The notes: a model not told the origin generated them from the sequence alone. Positions 38,278 through 50,059 are shown, counted from the first letter of the stretch. The stretch: DNA of 64,000 bases from Alphaproteobacteria bacterium (GCA_021298595.1 JAJTHL010000004.1:10070-74069), one strand, 5' to 3'. A program made the numbers and translations.

Positions 38278-39852
38278 CTAAAAAGCAAACAGATGACGAT
38301 AGCGGGAACTGACATAGGAAAGTCCTGTCAAAAACAGCATCACCAGCCAAAAAATTCTATCTTTCCAAAGGCTGTAAAGGGTTGGATGCCCAAGCTCTGT
38401 GGGAAGGCGTGTGTCAAGGACACCTTTTTCATCAAGATTAAGCCGTGCCACGATCCGACCATAAGCATCGATGACGGCCGAGATGCCGTTGTTGGCAACG
38501 CGCACCAGCGGAAGTCCTTCTTCGATGGCGCGCATGCGGGATATCTCAAAATGCTGATAAGGTCCCGACGTGCGGCCATACCACCCATCATTGGTCAGGT
38601 TTAAAAGCCATTGAGGTCTGTGCTTTTTAGGTGTCAGAGTACCTGGAAAAATGACCTCATAACAAATAAGGGGACTAAAGGGAGGAAGACCCATGAGAGA
38701 CACGGTTTTAGGCCCTGATCCAGGCGAATAATCAAGGGCACCCGCCGTGACTTTCTGAACAAAGCCGGGCAACAAGAATCTAAGCGGTACGTATTCCCCA
38801 AAGGGCACTAAGTGATGCTTGTTATAGGTCGCAAGGACATGGGCGTCTTTGCCAACAGCAATCATCCCGTTCCAAACAAGGTGTTCAGGGCCTTCTACTT
38901 TTTGACGAGGCACCCCTAAAATTACAGCGCCCCTATCATGTTCAACAAGGCTTGATAGGCGCGACATGACCACCGGGATTTCTTCTGCGAAAAAAGGCAG
39001 GGCTGCTTCTGGCCACAAAATGTGCGTAACCTCACGCCCTGAGGGCAAACGGCTAAGCCTCATCATCTCTTCAAAGATTTCGCGCCTCATTTTGGGATCC
39101 CATTTGAGGGATTGGGTAATACAGGGCTGGACAAGACGTAATTCGACCTCTGGCACGTAGGTTGTGGGGGTTAAAAGACGGTACCATCCCCAAAGGCCAA
39201 TGATCACCACCGCAAGCGCCCCCTGCCCTACATAGACCATGGGCCGAAGAGTCCGGCACGCCAGGGGAAGGCCTGCTACAAGCACGGTAAGAAGACTTAA
39301 AAAATAAATGCCCCCAAAGCTGGCAATCTGAGAAATTTCAAGGGGTGTCACCCACGCATATCCCACAAGACCCCACGGAAAGCCCGTAAACCAATGCCCC
39401 CGACACCACTCGGCAAGCATCCAACACACGGCAAAAAGAAGATAACTTTCTCGCCCCTTAAAAAGTTGTGTCACAATCCCGTGATACACCGCCATGGCCG
39501 CCATGACAAAGAGGGTCAAAATGGCCGGAAGACCCAGAACAGAAAAAGGAATCATCCACCAAAATTTAGCCATATCCACATGAAAGGCAAACGCAATCCA
39601 ATAAAGAACCGGGACAAAGTACCCCATGGTAAAGGAAAAGGTTAGGATCATTTTCCCTTTGAGCGAACGCCCTGTGATAAGGAGAAAGAAAAGCGGAAAC
39701 GACACCCACAAAAAGGCACGCACCATAAAAGGCGCCTGGGTCAGGGCAAGAATCCCGCCCAAGATAAGGCACAATAAGGTCTTTTTTTTAAGGGAAAGGG
39801 CCGCAAGCCAGTGCTGCCCCTTTTCAAAAAACGACTTTATCTGATCCGTCAT
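38278..39852 (-). CDS. lnt: Apolipoprotein N-acyltransferase
   Basis: TGFPW, WPE, K.HLVPFGEY, ICYE and TNDGWYG motifs. Confidence 0.96.
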   Translation of the reverse strand: MTDQIKSFFEKGQHWLAALSLKKKTLLCLILGGILALTQAPFMVRAFLWVSFPLFFLLITGRSLKGKMILTFSFTMGYFVPVLYWIAFAFHVDMAKFWWMIPFSVLGLPAILTLFVMAAMAVYHGIVTQLFKGRESYLLFAVCWMLAEWCRGHWFTGFPWGLVGYAWVTPLEISQIASFGGIYFLSLLTVLVAGLPLACRTLRPMVYVGQGALAVVIIGLWGWYRLLTPTTYVPEVELRLVQPCITQSLKWDPKMRREIFEEMMRLSRLPSGREVTHILWPEAALPFFAEEIPVVMSRLSSLVEHDRGAVILGVPRQKVEGPEHLVWNGMIAVGKDAHVLATYNKHHLVPFGEYVPLRFLLPGFVQKVTAGALDYSPGSGPKTVSLMGLPPFSPLICYEVIFPGTLTPKKHRPQWLLNLTNDGWYGRTSGPYQHFEISRMRAIEEGLPLVRVANNGISAVIDAYGRIVARLNLDEKGVLDTRLPTELGHPTLYSLWKDRIFWLVMLFLTGLSYVSSRYRHLFAF

Positions 39853-40688
39853 CTTGTGTCACGGATACGCACTTTAAGAACGCGCCTGGGGTTTACCTCT
39901 AAAATTTCAAAGGTCAGGCCCTGGGGGTGGGTCACGATTTCAAACCGGTCCGGCACGCGCCCCAAAAGCGACACAATCAGACCGCCAAGGGTTTCAATGT
40001 CATCATCTTCTTGTTCAGCGCTCAGGGTCAAGGAAAAGGTTTCCATCAAGGTTTCGATGGGAAGCCGGGCGTCTGCCTCAAACACTTTTTCCTCAGTTTT
40101 CACAAGGGCCGGAAGCGTGTCTTCCAAAGAGACATCATCAATATCCCCCACAATGGCACGCACAATATCGCCGTACGTGACAAGACCGTCAACGCCGCCA
40201 AGCTCGTCCACCACCACGGCCAAAGGAATCTGGCTTGCCTTCATTTGCATCAAAAGATGCAAGACCGAACGTGACGGGGAAATAAACAAAATTTTTCGGG
40301 TAATGGTTTTCAGGGAAAAGGGCTTTGCCTTATCCAAAAACTGATAAATATCTTTAACACGAATAAAGCCTCTGATATCATCAATGTCTTGCCCATAAAC
40401 AATGAACCTCGTGTAAGGCGTTTTGGCAACGGCGGCTGCAAGCTCTTCCAAGGTCACATCCCGGCTCACGGCTTTAATCTCCACCCGGGGCACTTTCACG
40501 TCATCGGCCGTGACATAATGCAGTTTTAAGATATTGCTGAGTAAATAACACTCTTCGCGGTCGAGGGAAGCTGGTTCTGGTTCATTTTGCGCTAACAACG
40601 CCGTGATCTTATGGCGACGAGAGAGGGTCGCTTTATTACGAAAAAGAACCTTCTTTAAAAACTTTATCATGGGCGGACGATACGACAC
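39849..40688 (-). CDS. corC: CBS-pair/CorC-HlyC domain protein
   Basis: VVDELGGVDGLVT..D....IVGDI and TLGGL motifs; ybeY-lnt synteny. Confidence 0.88.
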   Translation of the reverse strand: MSYRPPMIKFLKKVLFRNKATLSRRHKITALLAQNEPEPASLDREECYLLSNILKLHYVTADDVKVPRVEIKAVSRDVTLEELAAAVAKTPYTRFIVYGQDIDDIRGFIRVKDIYQFLDKAKPFSLKTITRKILFISPSRSVLHLLMQMKASQIPLAVVVDELGGVDGLVTYGDIVRAIVGDIDDVSLEDTLPALVKTEEKVFEADARLPIETLMETFSLTLSAEQEDDDIETLGGLIVSLLGRVPDRFEIVTHPQGLTFEILEVNPRRVLKVRIRDTR

Positions 40689-40693
40689 TCCTT

Positions 40694-41218
40694 CTATATT
40701 TTACCTTCAGCGATTATATAAGGGTTTGAAATCCCAACACCAGCCAAAATCTCACATTCTAGCCCCTCCATCAAGGCTGCTTCTTCGTCCTCCATATGAT
40801 CGTGCCCCAAAAGATGAAGGGTTCCATGGACAACCAAGTGAGAAAAGTGATCTAGGACAGATTTTTCCTCCAACGCGCTTTCACGCTTCAGGGTGTCAAG
40901 GGAAAACACAAGATCCCCAATCAGAAACGGTCTTTCAGGATCTTGAAGACGCGTCCATTCCTCTTGTGTCAGGGGCGCGTTAAATACCCCAAAGGACAAC
41001 ACGTTGGTGGCGACGTCTTTTCCGCGATAGACCGCGTTCATGGGGCGAATTCCTTTGTCATTGGTCAAAAGAACACTGATTTCACAGACACTTTCAATAA
41101 ACGGCGCCATTTTTTCACAGACAAGCTTGCAAAGCTCTTGGGTTACATTTTCGGGATTAAATTCCAAGTCGCGCCATCCGTCATCGTCAAAGGTTACCTG
41201 CACGTCCAAGGGTGACAT
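40694..41218 (-). CDS. ybeY: rRNA maturation RNase YbeY
   Basis: YRGKD..TNVLSF and HGTLHLLGHDH motifs; start ATG 41218. Confidence 0.95.
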   Translation of the reverse strand: MSPLDVQVTFDDDGWRDLEFNPENVTQELCKLVCEKMAPFIESVCEISVLLTNDKGIRPMNAVYRGKDVATNVLSFGVFNAPLTQEEWTRLQDPERPFLIGDLVFSLDTLKRESALEEKSVLDHFSHLVVHGTLHLLGHDHMEDEEAALMEGLECEILAGVGISNPYIIAEGKI

Positions 41219-41219
41219 C

Positions 41220-42215
41220 TTAAAACCCTCCTGAATCGCGACTAGTGGTAGCCGCTTCATAAGCCTCCACAATCCGTGCAACCAAAGGATGGCGCACCAC
41301 ATCGGATCTTGTAAGCCTGCAAATCTGAACGCCGTCTACGCGGGGAAGAAGGGTCAGCGCTTGGGCAAGCCCTGACTTGACACCTTGGGGCAAGTCAATC
41401 TGGCTTAAGTCCCCTGTGATGACCATACGAGAGCCTTCTCCGAGTCTTGTGAGGAACATCTTCATCTGGGCTTGGGTCGTGTTTTGAGCTTCGTCCAAAA
41501 TGACGTAAGCCCGGGCAAGGGTGCGCCCGCGCATAAAAGCCAAGGGCGCGATTTCAATATCTCCCCGCTCCACCCGCTTGGTGAGCTTATCCCCAGGCAG
41601 CATATCATACAGGGCGTCATAAAGGGGGCGCAAATACGGATCTACTTTTTCTTTGATGTCACCGGGAAGAAACCCCAAATGCTCTCCTGCCTCCACCACG
41701 GGCCGTGACAAAATAATGCGGTCCACTACTCCCGAGAGCAAAAGAGAGACACCCATGGCGACGGCCAGGTAGGTTTTGCCCGTTCCAGCAGGCCCTTCGG
41801 CAAAAACCATCTCGTGCTTTTTAAGGGCGTCCATATACTGCTCTTGGCCCGACGTACGCGGCAAAACGACATAGCGTCTTGTGGGAATGGAAAGCTCAAA
41901 GGCGCGCCCGCCAGGCGTCGTTGTTTGCGCCTTATTGATTTCAGCCAGGACCAGGCGAATGGTCGCTTCAACTTCTGCTTGGCTGACAACCATCCCGTGG
42001 CTCAGGCGGTCGTAAAGACGGGTTAGAATAACATGGGCGGCAGCCACCTGTTCCCTCGCCCCTGTCACAGACAAACGTCCAGCTTTGTGCTCAATGTTTA
42101 CATCCAACACTTGAGCGACTTGTCTTGTGTAGCGCTCTTTTTCACCTAGTAAAAGGGGGATTAAGCGGTGGTCTTCAAAATCTAGTTGCTGTGTAATCGT
42201 TTGCCCGTGCGCCAC
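41220..42215 (-). CDS. phoH: PhoH-like ATPase (YbeZ)
   Basis: GPAGTGKTYLA, LGFLPGD, MRGRTL and DEAQN motifs. Confidence 0.95.
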   Translation of the reverse strand: MAHGQTITQQLDFEDHRLIPLLLGEKERYTRQVAQVLDVNIEHKAGRLSVTGAREQVAAAHVILTRLYDRLSHGMVVSQAEVEATIRLVLAEINKAQTTTPGGRAFELSIPTRRYVVLPRTSGQEQYMDALKKHEMVFAEGPAGTGKTYLAVAMGVSLLLSGVVDRIILSRPVVEAGEHLGFLPGDIKEKVDPYLRPLYDALYDMLPGDKLTKRVERGDIEIAPLAFMRGRTLARAYVILDEAQNTTQAQMKMFLTRLGEGSRMVITGDLSQIDLPQGVKSGLAQALTLLPRVDGVQICRLTRSDVVRHPLVARIVEAYEAATTSRDSGGF

Positions 42216-42245
42216 AATATCCCCTTTTAATTTATTATGTTATGC

Positions 42246-43631
42246 TTAAAACCGTCCCTGCAAAACAGACTGGCTCAAGACCACCTCACCCGTCAAGCTG
42301 CTTAAGGTTGCTCCCGTTATCTTAACAGAAATAATCTGTCCCAACAGCCTTTCTGGTGCTGTTGCATACACTGACTGCAAATAAGGGCTGCGCCCAGCAA
42401 GCTGGCCTTCGCGGCGACCTTTTTTCTCAAACAAAACAGGCATTTCTTGTCCAATACAGTTTTGGTTAAAGATTTTTTGCTGGGTTTGCAAGAGGTCTTG
42501 CAGACGCGCAAGACGTTCTTTTTTCACGTCTTCCGGCACTTGGTGATCAAGGGCTGAGGCTGGCGTACCTGGGCGCTTGCTGTACGCAAAGGAGTAAGCG
42601 GCTGCGTAGCCAACCTCTTCTACAGCACGTAATGTCTCGGTAAAGTCTGATTCTGTTTCACCGGGATATCCCACAATAAAATCCGACGTAAAGGCAATAT
42701 CAGAACGTGCCTGCCTAAATTTATCAAGGGTCCTTTTATAAACGTCAAAGGTGTGTTGACGGTTCATGGCTTGCAAAATACGGTCAGAGCCTGACTGAAG
42801 GGGCAAATGCAAATAGGGCATGAGAATACCCACATTTTTGTGAGCGAGGATCAGTTCGTCATTAACGTCCCTTGGGTGTGACGTCATATAGCGCAGGCGC
42901 TTGAGGCTTGGAATTTGATCAGCAAGTTCGTGACAAAGGCGCCCCAGTGACCATGTGCCTTTACCCGGCGCGTCGCCGTGGTAGGCATTGACGTTTTGCC
43001 CAAGAAGCGTAATTTCTTGCACGCCGCCTGTCACCAATTCTTTGGCTTCTTTGATGACGTCCTTGGCTGGGCGCGAGTATTCAGCGCCCCTTGTATAAGG
43101 CACCACACAAAAGTGACAGAATTTATCGCATCCTTCTTGAATCGCAAGAAACGCTGTATAACCGGTGGGACGCGCCTGTGGCAAGCTATCAAACTTTGAC
43201 TCGGGGGGAAAATCGACCTCTAGGACCCCTCGCCCTTCGCGAATACCGGTTTCGGCAGACCTAACGGCGCGTGCTATAATCTCAGGCAGTTTGTGATAGG
43301 ACTGCGGCCCAAAGACCGCGTCCACAATGGGCATACGCCGCATGATCTCAGCCCCTTCCGCCTGGGCTGTACACCCTGCCACGGCCAAAATCTGGGTCTT
43401 TCCTTGGGCAAGCCGCTCTTCTTTAAAAGGGCGAAGGCGCCCGAGATCAGAGTAAACTTTTTCTGTGGCTTTTTCACGAATATGACACGTATTCAAAATG
43501 ACAAGATCAGCCTGCGCCGGGTCTTGTGTCGCGGCGTATCCCAGGGGAGCTAAAAGGTCTGCCATCCTTGTCGAGTCATACTCGTTCATTTGACAGCCAT
43601 AGGTTTTAATAAAGAGCTTCTTGGGATCCAA
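42246..43631 (-). CDS. miaB: tRNA-2-methylthio-N6-dimethylallyladenosine synthase
   Basis: TYGCQMNEYDS, NTCHIREKA, CDKFCHFC radical-SAM motif, TRAM domain. Confidence 0.97.
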   Translation of the reverse strand: MDPKKLFIKTYGCQMNEYDSTRMADLLAPLGYAATQDPAQADLVILNTCHIREKATEKVYSDLGRLRPFKEERLAQGKTQILAVAGCTAQAEGAEIMRRMPIVDAVFGPQSYHKLPEIIARAVRSAETGIREGRGVLEVDFPPESKFDSLPQARPTGYTAFLAIQEGCDKFCHFCVVPYTRGAEYSRPAKDVIKEAKELVTGGVQEITLLGQNVNAYHGDAPGKGTWSLGRLCHELADQIPSLKRLRYMTSHPRDVNDELILAHKNVGILMPYLHLPLQSGSDRILQAMNRQHTFDVYKRTLDKFRQARSDIAFTSDFIVGYPGETESDFTETLRAVEEVGYAAAYSFAYSKRPGTPASALDHQVPEDVKKERLARLQDLLQTQQKIFNQNCIGQEMPVLFEKKGRREGQLAGRSPYLQSVYATAPERLLGQIISVKITGATLSSLTGEVVLSQSVLQGRF

Positions 43632-43683
43632 CGCTGATTCTCACATTTATAGTTTTAAGGGGAAACACCCCCTCGTTTAACGC

Positions 43684-43720
43684 AAAAAGCGCAGAAGAAC
43701 AAGTCTTCCGCGCTTATTTT
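43684..43720 (-). terminator. Intrinsic terminator after mucR
   Basis: AAGCGCGGAAGA...TCTTCTGCGCTT followed by T's on the minus strand. Confidence 0.7.
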
Positions 43721-43740
43721 AAAGAAAAAGCAAGAAACGC

Positions 43741-44208
43741 TTAAGCAGCCTTTTGCTCTAACTTCTTACGACGACGGCCAAGGCCAATCTTCATGGCAAG
43801 ATCACTACGTTGTCTTGCATAGCTTGGGGCGACCATAGGATAGTCAGCAGAAAGGCCCCAACGCTCGCGGTATTGCTCTGGTGTCATATTATAGGCGGTC
43901 TTGAGGTGACGCTTTAACATTTTCAGTTGCTTACCATCTTCAAGACAGACGATGTAGTCCTCGTGGACAGAATCCTCGATGGAGACGACGGGATCTGGAC
44001 GACCAAGAGTCGAAGCCCGCCCGCCATTAAACTCAGAAAGCGTTGCGTAAATTGTCTTCAAAACCTCAGGAAGCGCTGAGAGCTCTACCTGATTTCCAGA
44101 GACATACGCCGCCGCAATGTCGGCCGCCATGCTGAGAAGTTCAGCAGACGTCAAAGCATAAGCTTCTGTATCTTGATAATCCATAATCCAATCCTCACTT
44201 GTTTGCAT
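43741..44208 (-). CDS. mucR: MucR/Ros family transcriptional regulator
   Basis: CLEDGK.LKMLKRHL and YR.RWGL..DYPMVAP.YA motifs. Confidence 0.95.
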   Translation of the reverse strand: MQTSEDWIMDYQDTEAYALTSAELLSMAADIAAAYVSGNQVELSALPEVLKTIYATLSEFNGGRASTLGRPDPVVSIEDSVHEDYIVCLEDGKQLKMLKRHLKTAYNMTPEQYRERWGLSADYPMVAPSYARQRSDLAMKIGLGRRRKKLEQKAA

Positions 44209-44280
44209 TCAAATCTAACCTCTGATTATTATCACTTTCATTGTCTTAGAGTAAGCTGAGACAATAATCAAGACTATTTT

Positions 44281-44745
44281 TTACATTTTTTGCTTTTTTT
44301 GAAAAGAGGTCGCACGCATCACAAGGGCATCCTCGTTTTTGCCTAATTTAGTGTAATATTCTTTCCTAAGTCCACATTTACTAAAATTTAATGATTTGTA
44401 TAATGAGATTGCTTTTTTGTTGTTTGTGGACACTTCTAAGAAACAGGATTCTCCTTTTGTGGCAAAAAAGCCTTCTAGAAAGGTTTCTAAAAGCCCATAC
44501 GCTAGGCGTTTCCTACGATAATCAGCATGTGTCATCAAAGTAATGATATCCGCATTTTCTTGCACGCGGTTCACCATCAGGGCCGCCACCAAGTCCTCTT
44601 GGCAAAATAATCCTTCTGCCCATATTTGGGGGGATGAAAGTAATGAAATAAATTCATCTTGACGCCAGGCTTTGGGAAAGCACGGCCCATGAAGCGCCGC
44701 ACAAGCGGGTGCGTCATGGGGCGTAAGCTTTCTTTGAACAAGCAT
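44281..44745 (-). CDS. rimI: RimI-like GNAT acetyltransferase
   Basis: FLEV...N..AI.LY...F...G.RK.YY...EDALVM pattern. Confidence 0.8.
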   Translation of the reverse strand: MLVQRKLTPHDAPACAALHGPCFPKAWRQDEFISLLSSPQIWAEGLFCQEDLVAALMVNRVQENADIITLMTHADYRRKRLAYGLLETFLEGFFATKGESCFLEVSTNNKKAISLYKSLNFSKCGLRKEYYTKLGKNEDALVMRATSFQKKQKM

Positions 44746-44751
44746 TTGGCC

Positions 44752-46557
44752 TTATTCTTTTCCAGTGCGAAGGGCCGCAAGGAAGGCACTTTGCGGAATC
44801 TCAACCTTGCCGAATTGACGCATCCTTTTCTTACCTTCTTTTTGTTTATCAAGAAGTTTACGCTTACGGGAAACGTCACCGCCGTAACATTTAGCCGTGA
44901 CGTCCTTACGCATGGCTGACACGGTTTCACGCGCAATGACCTTGGCGCCAATGGCAGCCTGAATCGCAATTTTGAAAAGTTGTTTAGGGATCAGGTCTTT
45001 GAGACGCGCACAAAGGGCGCGCCCTCGCGCTTCTGCGTGGGAGCGGTGCACCATGCAAGACAGAGCGTCCACAGGCTCGCTGTTCACAAGGATGCTCATC
45101 TTGACCAAGTCCCCCTCGCGGTAACCATCCATCTCATAGTCAAAGCTGGCGTACCCGCGGGAGACAGACTTGAGACGGTCATAAAAATCAAAGACGATTT
45201 CGTTAAGGGGCAAGCGGTAAACCAGCATGGCGCGCCCCCCCACATAGGTCATGTCCATCTGCTCGCCGCGCCGCTCTGTACAAAGGGATAAAACGCTTCC
45301 CAAGAATTCGTCAGGTACCATGATGGTCGCTTTGATCCAGGGCTCTTCAATGCGCTCGATCTTCATCACGTCAGGAAAGTCCGCGGGGTTATGGAGCTCA
45401 ATCATGGATCCCGTCTTCATGTGGAGGTGATAAATCACACTGGGCGCAGTGGTCACAAGATCAAGATTAAACTCACGCTCAAGACGTTCTTGAATAATCT
45501 CAAGGTGCAAAAGCCCTAGGAAACCGCAGCGAAACCCGAACCCAAGGGCGGCCGACGTTTCAGCCTCAAAGCTAAAGCTCGCATCATTAAGACGGAGCTT
45601 GGCAAGGCTGTCACGGAGCTCTTCAAAGTTTGCGGCGTCCGTTGGGAAAAGACCGCAAAAGACTACGGGCACACTTGGCTTAAAGCCAGGAAGAGGTGTG
45701 GGGGTTGGGTTTTTCTCAAGGGTAATGGTATCACCCACCTTACAATCTGCCACATGTTTGATGCTGGCCGTCATAAAGCCCACTTCACCGGGATGAAGGG
45801 ATTTCACCATTTGCTTTTTCGGCGAGAAATAACCAACGTTATCAACTTGGTAATTTGCACCTGTGGCCATCATCTGGATTTTTGCACCCTGGGAGAGAAC
45901 ACCTTCCATGACGCGCACCAAAATAATCACCCCCAGGTACGGATCGTACCAGCTGTCAATCAGCATGGCCTTGAGAGGCACGTTTTCGGCACCTGTGGGC
46001 GCTGGAATCCTGGCCACGATTTGCTCTAGCAAGTCTTCAATACCAATCCCACTTTTGGCCGACACAAGGGCGGCTTCACTGGCGTCAATGCCAATGACGT
46101 CCTCGATTTGGGTCCGCACCCGTTCGGGTTCGGCCGCTGGCAAGTCGATCTTATTGAGTGCCACAATAATTTCGTGATTATGGTCAATAGCTTGGTAAAC
46201 GTTGGCAAGGGTTTGCGCCTCAACGCCCTGGCTTGCATCCACCACCAAAATCGACCCTTCACAGGCCGCCAAAGACCGGCTAACCTCGTAGGCAAAGTCC
46301 ACGTGACCCGGCGTGTCCATCAAGTTTAATTGATAGGTTTTGCCGTCCTTAGCCTTGTAACGAAGACGAACGGTTTGTGCTTTAATGGTAATGCCGCGCT
46401 CGCGCTCGATATCCATGTTATCCAGCATTTGCTCTTTTAATTCGCGCATTTCCACGCCGCCGCAATACTGAATCAACCGGTCAGCCAAGGTCGACTTTCC
46501 GTGGTCAATATGGGCAATAATCGCAAAGTTACGAATTAGACTTGTAGACTCACTCAT
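44752..46557 (-). CDS. lepA: Elongation factor 4
   Basis: [21 protein letters not shown] and KCYGGD.SRKRKLL motifs. Confidence 0.98.
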   Translation of the reverse strand: MSESTSLIRNFAIIAHIDHGKSTLADRLIQYCGGVEMRELKEQMLDNMDIERERGITIKAQTVRLRYKAKDGKTYQLNLMDTPGHVDFAYEVSRSLAACEGSILVVDASQGVEAQTLANVYQAIDHNHEIIVALNKIDLPAAEPERVRTQIEDVIGIDASEAALVSAKSGIGIEDLLEQIVARIPAPTGAENVPLKAMLIDSWYDPYLGVIILVRVMEGVLSQGAKIQMMATGANYQVDNVGYFSPKKQMVKSLHPGEVGFMTASIKHVADCKVGDTITLEKNPTPTPLPGFKPSVPVVFCGLFPTDAANFEELRDSLAKLRLNDASFSFEAETSAALGFGFRCGFLGLLHLEIIQERLEREFNLDLVTTAPSVIYHLHMKTGSMIELHNPADFPDVMKIERIEEPWIKATIMVPDEFLGSVLSLCTERRGEQMDMTYVGGRAMLVYRLPLNEIVFDFYDRLKSVSRGYASFDYEMDGYREGDLVKMSILVNSEPVDALSCMVHRSHAEARGRALCARLKDLIPKQLFKIAIQAAIGAKVIARETVSAMRKDVTAKCYGGDVSRKRKLLDKQKEGKKRMRQFGKVEIPQSAFLAALRTGKE

Positions 46558-48956
46558 GCGCGCAAAACTCCGCCTGTTGCTGTTTCGACGCGGGCAATGA
46601 CCCGGTCCATAATATCGTGAAGGTCGGCGTCCGTCAGAGTTGCCTGAAACGGCGCCATTTCATAGGTCAGGGCCAACGACTTTTTGCCATCGGGAATGCC
46701 CACACCTTCATACACATCAAAAATTGTCACGTGATGAATCAAGGGATCTGTTTCTTTCACAAGGCGAATCACGGCATCTGCCGGGACTTTTTGATCCAAC
46801 ACAAAGGCAAGATCCCTTGCAACCGTTTGAAAAGGCGATAGCGCAAGCGCGTCTTTTGAGGCGGACTCTCCTGGCAGGTGATCCAAAAATACCTCAAACG
46901 CGACCAACGAGCCTTTCACGTTAAAGGCCTTTAAAATCTTGGGATGCAAAGCTCCAAAGACGGCCACAAGCTGCCCGCTCACAAAAACACTTGCCACCCG
47001 TCCTGGATGGTAGAAGCTTGGCCCCTTGCTTTCGAGTTGCAGATGATCCATCTCAACGCCGCACGCCTCAAGAAGAGTCCACACGTCCGCCTTGACCTCT
47101 GTCCACGACACGTTCTGAGGTTTTTTCCGCCAATGACGCACCCCCGTTTGCCCCAGGCGCACACCGGCCACCATGCGTTTTTGGTCCTTACCGAGTACGC
47201 CTTCATAGTGACTTGCGACCTCAAAAAGGGCTGGATTCAAAAGACCTTTGGCGACGTTACGCGCAGCCGTCAAAATAAGGGATGGCAGCACACGCGGACG
47301 CATGACGCTTAAGTCCTGGCTGATGGGATTATCAAGGGAATAAAGGGGGGCGCCTTCGGCAAAAAGAGTGGCTTCTTCTTCGGCCACAAAGGACCAGCCA
47401 AGGGTTTCAGCCATGCCGCGTGCGGCAAGGACGCGCCTTGCAATCCACTCGCGCCGCATACGCAGATGTGATCCCGGCGCACTTTCAAAGAAATCACGTA
47501 CGCGCTCCCCCTTTGGCAAAGGCGTCGCGGGAATCATGTCATAGCCTTTTAGGCGCACAATTTCCTCAATCAAATCATCTTGGATCACAAAGTCATGGCG
47601 CCAGGTCGGGCACAGGACGGCCAAAAGATCGTCCTCTAGGGGGGTGACCATACACCCAAGCCGCTCAAGAAGTTCAATCATTTCAGGCAAGTCCACACAA
47701 AGGCCTGTGCGTTTTTCAACGCTGGACGGCGCAAACTTGATCATATGGGGGCTCGTTTTTGTGTCTCCCACATGGATAACAGGACCGGCGTCACCGCCAC
47801 AAAGCTCTAGGATCAGCTGTGTGGCGCGTTCAAGTCCCGTTTGCACAAGACCTTTATCCACGCCGCGCTCGAACCGGGCGCGTGATTCGCTAAAAATACC
47901 TGTAGCTTGCCCTGCCCTTGCAATGGCGCGCGGCATAAAATACGCAGATTCCAAAAAAACATCGGTTGTCTCGAGGCTGCACCCAGACGTTTTGCCGCCC
48001 ATGATTCCTGCCAATGACACAAGGCCTGCGTCGTCCGCAATGACCGGAAGCCCTTTGGGAAGGGTATAGGTTTTATCATCAAGAGCCTCAAGCTGCTCGC
48101 CGTCCTCGGACAGACGTACGTTAAGGCCGCCTTTAAGGCGCGCCGTATCAAACACATGCATGGGGCGTCCCAGATCAAAGGCCATATAGTTTGTGACGTC
48201 CACAAGGGCTGAGATCGAGCGAATCCCCACGGTGCGAAGGGCGTTTTGAAGCCACTGGGGACTGGGGCCGTTTTTCACGCCTTTAATCACGCGCCCCATG
48301 AACAAAGGACACGCTTCATTTTCGGCGACTGAAGACAAGGTTACAGGAAGGGTTTCTGTGGTCGTTGCCGGGATCACTTTGATCTGAAGCATGGCAAGCG
48401 CGCCCACACCAGACGCCGCAAGATCACGCGCCATCCCGCGCAGGGACAAACAGTCCCCGCGATTAGGGGTCACATCCACATCCAGGATCAAGGTATCAAG
48501 ACCCATGTACTGGGCAAAGGGCGTGCCAAGGGGGATGCCTTCTTCAAGCTCTATAATGCCTTGGGTATCACCTTCAAGACCAAGCTCGGCAGCCGAGCAA
48601 AGCATGCCCCGACTTTCAACGCCGCGCATGACGGCTTTGCCAATAACCATCTGATTCGAAGGGACCACGGCCCCTTCGGTGGCAAGCACTACGGTCAGGC
48701 CCGCCCGGGCGTTGGGCGCACCGCAAACAATTTGAAGGGTCTCGGTACCTGTTTCCACCTGACACACTTGCAGACGGTCAGCCTGGGGATGGGGTGCTGC
48801 ACTTGTAATGCGCGCGACGATAAAGCCGTCAAAGGCTTTGCCAGGCGCCGTCACACCGTCCACCACAAGCCCCAGGGACGTGAGGCGCGTGATAATGTCC
48901 TCATCACGCGCGTCAGTTTGAAGGTGCTTTGTCAGCCAATTTAAAGGAACTTTCAT
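46554..48956 (-). CDS. pheT: Phenylalanine-tRNA ligase beta subunit
   Basis: HPQADRL, IVCGAPN, TPNRGD, RFERGVD and RDLAFV motifs. Confidence 0.97.
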   Translation of the reverse strand: MKVPLNWLTKHLQTDARDEDIITRLTSLGLVVDGVTAPGKAFDGFIVARITSAAPHPQADRLQVCQVETGTETLQIVCGAPNARAGLTVVLATEGAVVPSNQMVIGKAVMRGVESRGMLCSAAELGLEGDTQGIIELEEGIPLGTPFAQYMGLDTLILDVDVTPNRGDCLSLRGMARDLAASGVGALAMLQIKVIPATTTETLPVTLSSVAENEACPLFMGRVIKGVKNGPSPQWLQNALRTVGIRSISALVDVTNYMAFDLGRPMHVFDTARLKGGLNVRLSEDGEQLEALDDKTYTLPKGLPVIADDAGLVSLAGIMGGKTSGCSLETTDVFLESAYFMPRAIARAGQATGIFSESRARFERGVDKGLVQTGLERATQLILELCGGDAGPVIHVGDTKTSPHMIKFAPSSVEKRTGLCVDLPEMIELLERLGCMVTPLEDDLLAVLCPTWRHDFVIQDDLIEEIVRLKGYDMIPATPLPKGERVRDFFESAPGSHLRMRREWIARRVLAARGMAETLGWSFVAEEEATLFAEGAPLYSLDNPISQDLSVMRPRVLPSLILTAARNVAKGLLNPALFEVASHYEGVLGKDQKRMVAGVRLGQTGVRHWRKKPQNVSWTEVKADVWTLLEACGVEMDHLQLESKGPSFYHPGRVASVFVSGQLVAVFGALHPKILKAFNVKGSLVAFEVFLDHLPGESASKDALALSPFQTVARDLAFVLDQKVPADAVIRLVKETDPLIHHVTIFDVYEGVGIPDGKKSLALTYEMAPFQATLTDADLHDIMDRVIARVETATGGVLRA

Positions 48957-50059
48957 TAGACGTCTCCTCCTAATAGACCGGAAAAAGCCCCGACCCCGTA
49001 ATGGTTAAGCCACCTAAGATCTCCCTCATAGAAGGCCCGTAAATCTGTAATACCGTACTTCAGCATGGCAAGACGCTCGATCCCCATGCCAAAGGCAAAG
49101 CCTTGATAAACATCGGGATCAACGCCCACACTGGTCAGGACATTTCGGTGCACCATGCCAGCGCCCAAAATCTCGAGCCAATCATCCCCGCCGCCAATGA
49201 CAAGGCGACCCTTTTCACGTCGGCATCCAATGTCGATTTCAGCAGACGGCTCGGTAAACGGAAAGTACCCAGGCCTAAAACGCACAGGCAGGTCAGCAAC
49301 GCCAAAAAAGCGGCGACAAAACGCTTCAAGACATCCCTTAAGATGTCCCATATGAATATCCTTATCGATAAAAAGGCCTTCGATTTGGTGGAAAACGGGC
49401 GTGTGGGTTTGGTCATAGTCGCTGCGATACACGCGTCCAGGCGCCACAATGCGCAGGGGCGGTTTTTGTTGCAGCATGGCCCGAATTTGAACGGGCGAGG
49501 TATGGGTGCGCAGAAGAAGGCGCGTTCCAGCCGCGTCTGGTTTCAGGTAAAATGTATCCTGGTCTTGGCGCGCAGGATGCTCTGCGTGGATATTCAGGGC
49601 GGAGAAATTATGGAAATCATCTTCGATATCAGGACCTTCTGCGACGGCAAACCCCATATCGCGCAGAATCTCAAGGGCTTCGAAAAGGGCTTGGGACAGG
49701 GGGTGAATGCGCCCACTTGCCCCGCTTTGGATGGGCAGTGTCAAATCTTCCCGCTCAGCCGCCAAAGTCGCGTCAAGGGCTGCGTCCTCTAGGGCTAAGC
49801 GCTTGGCTTCCAGGGCGTCCGTGAGCGCCGCGCGCACCTTATTGAAAAGATCAGCCTTTTCCTTGCGCTCGTCCGGCGACATTTTGCCGAGGCTTTTCAT
49901 AAGCGTTGTTATCTCGCCTTGCTTACCAAGAAGGGCAAGACGCACCTTCTCAAGATCTTCAAGGGTCAAGGCGTCTGCGATTTGCGACAAATAATAAGGC
50001 TCGAGAGGCTGACCTTGCGCGGTCAATAAAAGAGCGGGAGCACCTGAAGAAGAGGTCAT
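48956..50059 (-). CDS. pheS: Phenylalanine-tRNA ligase alpha subunit
   Basis: HPAR..QDTFY, LRTHTS, YFPFTEPS and GFAFGMGIERLAML motifs; likely start ATG 50059. Confidence 0.97.
   Translation of the reverse strand: MTSSSGAPALLLTAQGQPLEPYYLSQIADALTLEDLEKVRLALLGKQGEITTLMKSLGKMSPDERKEKADLFNKVRAALTDALEAKRLALEDAALDATLAAEREDLTLPIQSGASGRIHPLSQALFEALEILRDMGFAVAEGPDIEDDFHNFSALNIHAEHPARQDQDTFYLKPDAAGTRLLLRTHTSPVQIRAMLQQKPPLRIVAPGRVYRSDYDQTHTPVFHQIEGLFIDKDIHMGHLKGCLEAFCRRFFGVADLPVRFRPGYFPFTEPSAEIDIGCRREKGRLVIGGGDDWLEILGAGMVHRNVLTSVGVDPDVYQGFAFGMGIERLAMLKYGITDLRAFYEGDLRWLNHYGVGAFSGLLGGDV

Noticed and set aside
43860..43960. MucR with non-C2H2 ligand set (CLED...HLKTAY)
   Set aside because: Such substitutions are common in the Ros/MucR family.
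49103..49792. 229-aa plus-strand ORF
   Set aside because: Antisense shadow of pheS.
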